From the NCBI RefSeq assembly GCF_009914755.1, contig NC_060928.1: a stretch of 64,000 nucleotides of DNA; one strand, given 5' to 3'. Positions 54,650-64,000 of the stretch are shown piece after piece. The translations under genes and the position numbers were made by a program. Each line of letters starts with the position of its first letter. The first letter of the stretch is position 1. The notes under the pieces are model-generated. The model was given only the letters and a program-made list of their open reading frames with translations. It did not search any database and was not told the origin of the DNA. Origin of the DNA: the human T2T-CHM13v2.0 reference genome, Homo sapiens.

Positions 54650-57000
54650 AGTGATAACACTTATGCTGTCCTGCTGAAAGTTCTTATTTAACATGATCTT
54701 CATAGAGCTTCAGTCCATGAGACATGTTATTTATCTACCCACATTACCTCCATGATGTTTAGGTGATAAATGCCATTACTGGTTTCAGAGTGTGGCTTCA
54801 CTCACTCCCCAGTCACGATACTGACACTCATTTTGCCTGCCCTCTCGGTTACATCTTAACATCCCTCTGACTTTCATCTTTAATCCTCCCACTTCTAAGA
54901 CCATTTTTTCTTGACTCGTTTGTTTATCTTAAAAAAGATATTCAAATTGGCATTACATAGTTTTTCTACCATCTAGTGCCATACTTTGGAAGAGTAGTTC
55001 ACTGTCTTTAGTACTTCATCTTGCTCTCACTCCTCATATTTACAAACTGACTTCGGATATCACTATATTAGTCTAGTTCAAATTCCTCAGTTCCATCCTA
55101 CTCAGCATTTGCTGAACACTTTTCATGGTTGGCGATGTTGATTATTTGCTGCCTATGTAAGAGTCTCCTCACCTCATCCATGGCTTACGTGAATTTGAAT
55201 CTGCTTTTCTACGCTTAGGTTTCTCTCCTTTTTTTCTGATTGTTAATGTTTTTCATTCTTTGATATTCAGAGCTTGTCATTCTCTTCCATATGGTTTATT
55301 TTAGTGAATGCAACTACTTCAGTTATAACTATTATCTGCATTCAAATGAATCCAGTGCTGTGTATCTTGTCCCAGTCTCTCCACTGAGCCTCAAACTACT
55401 GAAAACCACTATGTGGATATTCTGGTACCTGCTGTTTGGCCCATTCAAGATGTCTCTTCTAAACTCCATCCTCTATCTGGGTTTTGTATTCACATTAATG
55501 ACATCAGTATTTACTTAGTCATTTAGACTCTCAGCTTCAGTCATTGTTAATTCTTTGTTACTCCTTATATTTCATATTGTTTTGATTACCAAATTATCCA
55601 TTTGTTAACTTACTATCTATGCCACAAATATTTAAATGTTTTCTTTTTGATGGGTGCTCTTCTGGGTTCTGGCAGTGTAATAACACATAACAAAAAGTTC
55701 CTAGACTCATGCAGCATTCATTCTAGCAGGAAAAAGACAGACAACGAACTAATAAATTTTATTTATATATATATATGAAGCTAATTTTGGATAATTAAAG
55801 TCACTGTGAAGAAATTAAGATGGGTAAATATATTTGAGAGTTACTGCCATGATAATTTTGTTAATCAGAAAACATTTCATTAAGTAGATGACTTCATAGC
55901 GAAGATCCAAAGGGTTCCAAAAAGGCAGGCTTATGAAGATCAGAGGCAAGAGTATTCTAGGGAGAGAATACAAAGTGAAAAGCCCCTAAGGTGGAACCAG
56001 ATTTTTTGTCTTGTTGGGGCAAAAGGAGAGTAAGTGTGACAAAAGCCTAGCAAGCTGGGGGTATGTTAGTAAAAGAAGTTGAGTTGTAGACTTGGCTGAA
56101 TTCATGTAAAATCTTTTATTCCTTGTTTAGAAGAGTTCTAGGTAAAGAGGTAGCATGATCTCCTTCATGTTTCTAAAAGATAACTCTGGCTTCTGATGTA
56201 AAGAATGGACTACAAGCTAACAAAGCAGCTAAGAGGCTTTTGAAGCAGCCTAGTTGATAGTTGATGGTGGCTAGGCTTAGAGTGGTCACATTGGAGATGA
56301 ATTTTGGATATGTTTTGGAGCTGGAGTTGACATGCTTTAATGATAGGCAGGTGATGAAGAATGACTTGTGTCATGGGGTCAGCATTGGTGAGTTTTACTG
56401 AAATGAGGAAAACTAGGAAAGCAAAGGATATGGGTATTAATTAAGAGTTCACTTTATAGATAGTTATTAGAAATGAAAATGGTAATGCTAAGTAAGTAGT
56501 TGACTCTTTGAATCAGGGGGCTCAGCTGAATGTTCTAGGCATAGGGAAGAGGGAAGTGTCATATCATGAAAACCAAGAGGATAGTGTTTCATGTGAGTCC
56601 AATGCTGTTAATAAATCTAGTGAAGTGGATTGGAGCAGATCTCTGATCATTGTATTGGGGTGCATAGACATGATGTACTTTCCTGTTTCGGAAGGCTGAT
56701 GGCCATAGATGCTTAATTAGAACGGGTAAAGAAAAGCTATAGGTGTAAAATGGAGACTGAAAATTTTTATACCAAAAAAATGGCTCTGCATTAAATTTCT
56801 GCTTATCGTTTCCTGTTTCCTTTGCATTACCTCTTTCTGCATAACCATTTCCTCTGCCCTAATTCATGCCCTATTATTTATCATCTGAGCCTTTTAAATA
56901 AGCTGTGGACTACTTTTTGCTTATGAAAATTATGTCTCTCCTCTGCAGAATGGCTCTCCATTGTCTGGAATCATTTTCTTAAAAGTGTAGTTTCTGGCAG
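54650..57000. mobile_element. L2 (+) remnant with an oppositely oriented L2 (-, ~55610-56760) inside it
   Basis: Pyrimidine-rich L2 text on both sides of a purine-rich L2 block starting acaaatatttaaatg. Confidence 0.55.
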
Positions 57001-57826
57001 ACTATCAATTATCCAACAGGGATTTGACTATTTTCTATGAATATGAAAAGATGAAACCTTTGGTTCACATATATTTCATACATTTAAAATTTGAGATTAA
57101 CGATTTTCACAGAAATTCTATTACATCCATAATTATTATTAAGTTTTTAATAATGGACTACAAGTACTGTGTGGGACAGTTGGTCTAGGCTAGCATTCAT
57201 TTAACAGGGACTAATTTGTCTTGACTAAGATATTTTCATATAAATTGAATTTTATTAATTAAATTTTCTAAATTTGCATTTTTATTGTAACTGGGATATT
57301 GCTTTATTGTATCCCCAATTCACAGAAAAGGATCAATAGCTTAAAAGTCACTCACTGAAGCATGAAGATAGTGATAAAATATGATCATAACTACTATAAA
57401 ACATAAAGCAATAAATATAAGCAGTGATTAGGTCTGTGGTAGAATGTAGAATGTGAATTTGTTTGTTCTTAGAACAAAATCTCTAAGCATGTAATGATTT
57501 CATAAAGGCAGCAGCAAAAGAAAATTGCAAATGGAAATTTCGAAGAAGGGTGTTTTAGATTTATTAAACTGGTAATCATTTATGCTGAGTTGCAACGCCT
57601 AAACTGTTATGAACATTTGGCAAATAGTTACAAGGAGGCTTCACAGTTTATGTGCCAATTTAAAACAAACAAAGTGTAATGACCTCTGTGGTAACTGAGT
57701 TTTACCTGAACATGATAAAAATTATCATTTTCTGTATGAAATTAGTTAATTTTGTTCAAATAGGTGAGAAGAAAGCAAAACTTAGCCGTCAAAGTTATAC
57801 CATTTCAAATTTTCATTTTATAATAA

Positions 57827-58128
<302 letters not shown>

Positions 58129-59295
58129 AGTCACACAATTTTTTAAAAGCTTCACAGCCAGTGAATCATCATAAGGGAAAACAGAACAAAATACAATACA
58201 GTTGTAAACTGACATGGTATGTCTTTGCATATCAGAAGTACACACTCTAGAGGCGCTGTCACCATCCAATATGCCGTCATTTATGTAGCTTATCTGTGGA
58301 GGAAACACTGATATGTAAAGTGTAAACCAACTTGCCTTATGTATGGTATGTGTACAAGAGAGAAATTCTTATCATATTTTTTTAATTACTGAAACACCAT
58401 GATATATGTGAAGAGTTTTCTATTTAATTAAGGGCTATTTTATGAACTGAATGGATGTGGCTATAATGCAATGCCAGTATGTGCACTTTTTAATTCTCCA
58501 CATATTTATGACTCAAAAATATGCTGGCTGATTTTAATTCACTGTTGAATGAAACAGAGAAAATTGTAAAGGAGACCAAATTATGGTCATGTTTTCTGCA
58601 TTCTTTTAGTGTGCTCTCAAAAAATGCATATTGAGTCATGAATTTGCTTTTCTATCCTGCAGTACTGAGAACGTAAAAGGTGTAATGATTTTGAAATGCA
58701 ATTAGGAAACAAACAAAAATCACTTATTCATGACAATGAAAATGATTATAAAGACCATTTTTGAAATTTCATATATCTTACACATTTATCTCAATGATAA
58801 ATTTAGTAAATTTGCTCTTTCTGGGGTAGCCAGAATCTATCACTTGATGGACCAACATATGTCAAATTTAAACATTCAGGATAAATATAAAGGTTTCTTA
58901 AAGTATGATGCAAATGGTTAGCTTACTCAGAGTTTAGTTCCCTCACAACATGTATTTTCTTCACTTGTTGATGAAAGAAACCAACATGTTTTAAAATGTA
59001 TGTTAAATCACATATACCTAACTAAATGCAACTTAAGAATTATTTGGGGGTTTATTTGACACTCTCAAAATTAAATCATTCAACCCTGAAGATTTGATTG
59101 TGATATTTTTCAACTGAGAATCTGATGTAACATGAAAATAGTCCTTGTTCAGAAATAGTCCATAAATTCTATCCAAATATCAGGTAACTGCTTGACAAAA
59201 CCACCAAAAACTAGCTGCTATTTCCAGTAAATGCCATTTATTTAACAGAATGAAAGACTATGGAGATATTCATTTTCAGAAATTTAGATAATTAT

Positions 59296-59616
59296 GCCGG
59301 GTGCAGTGGCTGATGCCTGTAATCCCAGCATTGTGGGAGGCCGAGGCGGGCGGATCACGAGGTCAGGAGATCGAGACCATCCTGGCTAACACAGTGAAAC
59401 CCCGTCTCTACTAAAAATACAAAAAAAAAAAAAAATTAGTTGGGCGTGGTGGTGGGGGCCTGTAGTCCCAGCTACTCGGGAGGCTGAGACAGGAGAATGG
59501 TGTGAACCTGGGAGGCGGAGCTTGCAGTGAATGGAGATCGCGCCAAGGTCACGCCACTGCACTCCAGCCTGGGCGACAAAGCAAGACGCCGCCTCAAAAA
59601 AAAAAAAAAAAAAAAA
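59296..59616 (+). mobile_element. AluY with expanded middle A-tract and an 11-bp internal duplication
   Basis: ggagatcgagaccatcctggctaacac and ggagcttgcagtga; poly(A) tail; ataattat on both flanks. Confidence 0.96.
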
Positions 59617-59625
59617 CCATAATTA

Positions 59626-59708
59626 TTAGGTTGAACTATATGAAGTCAATGATGTTGAACTGTTTTGGACTGTTAAAGAAAATAGAAATTTCCTATGGTT
59701 CCACTTCA
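59626..59708. mobile_element. MADE2-like mariner MITE
   Basis: ttaggttgaactatatgaa...atttcctatggttccacttca, ~80-bp element with degenerate TIRs. Confidence 0.75.
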
Positions 59709-59719
59709 TAGAAGATACA

Positions 59720-61255
59720 AAATCCTTTCCACTTGAAAACATCTAGAAACATTGGCTAACATACAATGAATACTTTTAAATACATATTTTAATTAACAAG
59801 AGTAAGGAAAATGCCAAGAAGCCACAAAGAGAAAGCTGTGATATGCATGAAAAGTGGGCACTAAAGCATGGGGGTGTTTTTGTTGATGTAGGTCAACAAG
59901 ATGCTTGGTTTTCCACATTCCCACAAAGACAGAGCATTAGGGTTTGTCTAGCTAGAGAGTTAGGTGACACTGCATAAAGCTAGAATGCTTGAACATTCTT
60001 ACCTATTCCTTGGCTCTCAGGAAAACAACAAAAACTTGTATGTGTCTGTAACCAAATAAAATGTTGAGGTTTTCATTTATACTGCCAGACAGGTCAAGAA
60101 CATATAAGGCCAAAAAATTAATTATCTGTTATTATTAGTGCCCTATCACTGAAAGAAGCAAATGCAAATGCTTTCTAAAAACAAAGCACTCACAATCCAG
60201 GCTGCATGGGGTTCTTACAGGAAAACGCTCCTGTAGATTAATTCACAACTGCAAATGCAATATTATATGCATATATTAAATGTAAATTATAATAAATCAG
60301 CAGAGACAACAAACAGCACAATTAAACACAGAATTATCAGATAATGAAATTATAAATGTATAAATGTCTTAAAAATAAGAGACTGAAAACACAACTAAGA
60401 AACAAGAGCTGTGAAAAATCAGAACAAAAAATAAACTAACAAGAAGTTATAGCAGTGAAAAATGTAAGGATGGAAACATTAATAGAATGGTTAAATAGAA
60501 AATTGAGTATATCTATTGAAAGGAGCAAACTGGAAACAGGAGCTGAACAAATTATTCAGAATGAAGCACAGAGAATTAAAGTGTAAAATATAATGAAAGC
60601 AGTCTTAGGAGAAATGGAAGAATGGATGAGATAGACCAGTGTTTTTCTAATTGAAAATAAAGAGTGAATACAGAGAGTAGGAAAGATACAACATGGAAAA
60701 CATAATTCCTGCAAATTTTCTGGAGTGAAGAAATTCTTGATTTCTTATGTTCATGAATCATGGCACATCCTAAACAGAATGAATAAAAAGAACTCTGCAT
60801 CTAGACACACTTTAATCAAATACAGAACATTCAAGCAAAAGTATGTTTAAAAGCAATCACATAAAATATTACTTACAAAAAATGAAACTTAGCACATTTG
60901 CTAACACCAACAATAGAAACAGATGACAGTGAAGAAGAATTAAAACACTGAGAAAATATAACTAGCAACTTAAAATTTTATATCTAGTCATTTAGCCAAA
61001 TTTTATATCCAGATAAACATTTATTAAGGAAATGGTAGTGAAATAAAGTATATTCTAGAAAAACAAACAGCATGAGTTGTGAGTGCAAACAAATCCTTAA
61101 CAAAATATATACTAAATGTTATTATGCTACAGGAAGAATGAAATTGAGTGTCCAGAAAGCAGGGTTAAGATATAAATAGAAGTAGTGAAAAAAGAAACAA
61201 GAAATAATAGTGCCTTATGTAAACAAATATTGTTTGGATAGAATAATAATTATGA
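59720..61255 (+). mobile_element. Ancient L1M 5' region / ORF1 remnant
   Basis: aatagaatggttaaatag..., attcagaatgaagcacagaga, catctagacacact, caacaatagaa are ORF1-like motifs. Confidence 0.65.
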
Positions 61256-61389
61256 ATTATTTGGCCCAGGTTCAGAAGAGCCTTAGATCCCACCTGTCCA
61301 TGGCAGGAGTGTCAAAGATTTTGTGGCCGTCTTTAATTGGCCATGAATGAGATGGGGACTAGGATAACAATTAACATTAGTAAGTGCCC

Positions 61390-61830
61390 TGCTTTAGGAT
61401 CCCAAAGAAGCAGGCCCTGGGACAAGGATTTGGAATTGGCTTGGAGTTAATTGAAGGGAGCAACAGTACAGAAGTAGCAAATTTAGATAGGAAAGTGAGA
61501 GGGACAATAAAGGGTGCATTGACAGTTAAGGTACCACTGTGATCAATTGGAATTCAATCCTTCTGAGGAGCTATGAGAAACAGTACATAGAATATGCAGC
61601 TCAGATTGTTTCCACCTTAGATGTAAGGAAGCTAGGAAATTTACATACCAACCTCTGTCAGTCAGTGCTTGTGAGTGCTGAGGTTCGAAACATTAATTCC
61701 CCAGAACTTCTGGCTGCCTGCCCTGAACACAGGCAGAACAGGCTCCACCGGCCAGAGAAAGCCCTCAGCAAAGAATTACAGGTGCTGGAAGTTGGAAGTG
61801 TTTTAAATAGGCACCAAAATGGTAAGGGTT
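61390..61830. mobile_element. Old ERVL LTR (LTR16/LTR41-like)
   Basis: cccaaagaagcaggccctgggacaaggattt...gaagctaggaaatttacatacc. Confidence 0.45.
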
Positions 61831-62697
61831 GGTAGTTATGACTTAAGTCCTGAAAAGACTTACACTAAAAAGTACTCTTTTGGGTTTTATGTTTTAATCA
61901 GAGTCCTCTCCTTTTTTTTAGCTTCTGCCCTATACCTAATGGATTCTGCCTTGTCCTTAGAATCTGAGTTCTTTGTTCCCCTCCGCTAAGTGAGGATTCA
62001 GTTTTGGTTTTTTTTTGATTTCCTGAAACAAAAGTGATCAAACCATCTTTTACTTAAAGAAGAGAAGGCATACATTTTTCCAAAGGATATTTTACCATGT
62101 GTTTACCTAAAGGTAAGGCTGAGAAGAAGCCCCTCTCCTTCCTGCCGTTTTTTACAGTCAGCTTGTAACCGACACCCAGCTTCCAGCATGTGGTCAAAAA
62201 AGGCAACTTAGAGGTAGGGGTTCTAAGGGTAAGGTGGCATGCAAAGGTATCACTCACAGCTCTGGGAATTCCAAACAACTAATTTTAAGGAGTAGTATTA
62301 TGTCAATTTACAAATTGGGAGAAAGCTATATATGATGATTCTTTACCATTCACTTATTGGTTAGGCTGAGCATGTGATAAAAAGAAAGGAAGTGTGGTTA
62401 AGTCAACTATGGAGTGGACTTGAGTCAACGAGGAAAACCTGGGGTTGGAATCTGGTTTGAAACCTTGTTTAGCATGGCAATCAAGGCTTGAGATAGAACA
62501 GAAAAGTGGCAATGTATGGTTCTTCCAAAAAAACACTGTTTAAGTTAATAGTGCATCTTGTTACTCACCTTCCCCTAAATTACCCCTTCATTGTCTCAGG
62601 CTACGATTCAACAAAATTTACTTCATTTTAAAAGTTCACTTCAACACTGTCCAGATAAGATGTGCCATCCTGTATGTCCAATACGGCAAATGTTAAA

Positions 62698-62715
62698 TGT
62701 GTGTGTGTGTGTGTG
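62698..62715. repeat. (TG)n microsatellite
   Basis: tgtgtgtgtgtgtgtgtg. Confidence 0.9.
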
Positions 62716-62734
62716 CACGCGTGCAGGTATGTTG

Positions 62735-63240
62735 GTCACAAATTTGCAAGTTGCGAGTGACAGAAATGTACTCAAGCTACAGTACCAAAGGGGCATTTAT
62801 CCTCATATAACTGGTTGGAGAAGGAGGGTTGTCCAAGGAGTAAACCTCACTTAGGCTGGGTTTAGGGATTCAAATAGTGTCATGAGGATATTCCTCTCAC
62901 TTTCTTTGGTTATTTCTTATGCTTTCCACAGAGTTGGCTTCCTTCCCAGGCAATCTCTTCCCATGTTGTGGAAAAGACGTCAGGCCAGTAGCAGACAGTG
63001 CTAGGTTCAGGCTTCCAATATTCTTACACCAACTTTCCCAGTGAAAAGAAAAAAAAGAAGCCACTTTTTCAACCACTCAAATGAAATTCCAGGGAGGATT
63101 CTGTTGCCTTGGTATCCCTACACCTCTTATACCAACATGGCCAGAGAGATGGGGTTCTCTGATAGCTAGAGACTGGCTCATCTAACTACCCTGAGTTGAA
63201 TTTCTCACAAGGAAGAACTGTTCAGTTAGCAGAAGGAAAG
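62735..63240 (-). mobile_element. Old MLT1K-like LTR
   Basis: agttgcgagtgacagaaa...ggcttccttcccaggc...ccatgttgtgg...ccagggaggattctg. Confidence 0.5.
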
Positions 63241-64000
63241 TGAAAGAAAGTGTAAAGGGAAGCCAGAAATTTTATCTTGCTTAGAAGTTAAAGAGTATGC
63301 ACATGAAGGTAAATATTTGAAATAGGAATTTTGGGCTAATATGGAAGGACGTGTCTTCATTAGAGTTTAATATTAGCAAACAAATAACATACCCAATTGT
63401 TTCAGCAGAAAATCACTCTGTACACTGAGTTTGGAGGTCCTCATTCTTGTAGGTTTTGCATATAATCACACTCTGTTTATTTCCCCTGAAGTTAATGGAA
63501 ACAGAAATGTACATCATCATTATGACACCTGCAGGTAGTTTCTATAATACACATTATTGATGAAATTTTCTAAAGCTGCTTTTATATCTTAAAGCTGCAT
63601 ACAAAGATGACTCTGACAACAATGGAAATAAAAATCGCTTTAAAGCAATCTCATGTGGTAACATCTATTGTTTTGCTATAATGGGATTCTGTTAATGTCA
63701 ATATATTTCTGAAAATCTTCTCAGTTCCCATGATCAAAAGAAAATAGAAGAGAACTGTAGTCCCCTAGTAGCTAATTAGCACATAAAAAATTGTATTTGA
63801 GAACAGAAGGAGAGAAAGGGATGTGCTATTTTCTTACCATTTCAGTTCCTTTGAGTTCTGCAAACTTGGGTATTAGACACATAACTAGATTAACATCAAT
63901 TTGTACCACTCTGATTTTTAATGTTTCTGCAAAATTTATTAATAAAAATATTATTTTGCATATGCATATTCTTAATATGGTACATTGTTTATATATGTGT

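Noticed and set aside
58241-58260. CTCF-like actctagaggcgctg
   Set aside because: Core spacing is one base short of the consensus

Overview
AT-rich, CpG-poor great-ape (Homininae-type) genomic DNA, intergenic or deep-intronic. I see no recognisable host protein-coding gene, RNA gene or CRISPR array; nearly all ORF-track entries are Alu or L1 translations or chance ORFs. The window is dominated by interspersed repeats: a full-length but inactivated L1PA5-like element (-, ~29279-35412), a 5'-truncated L1PA15/16-like element head-to-head with it, a young 5'-inverted L1 (8320-8841), eight Alus, many MaLR/ERV solo LTRs (THE1, MLT1, MER34, MER57), DNA-transposon relics (MER1A, MER45A, MER81, MER91, MADE2), and old L2/MIR/L1M fragments. 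The most notable structures are: (i) a 165-bp, 97%-identical inverted duplication of apparently non-repeat DNA bracketing a (TA)27 tract; (ii) a young twin-primed L1 whose substitution pattern suggests a lineage-specific, possibly non-human, source element; (iii) a ~95-nt ERV LTR fragment ending at its poly(A) site, with an A-tail and TSD, consistent with an ERV mRNA end copied by L1; (iv) a retained L1 ORF0/antisense promoter aimed at the neighbouring L1; and (v) a few candidate exons and CTCF-like motifs. I found no convincing evidence of a wholly new biological system. Repeat subfamily names come from recalled consensus sequences, not a database search, and boundaries of old repeats are approximate.
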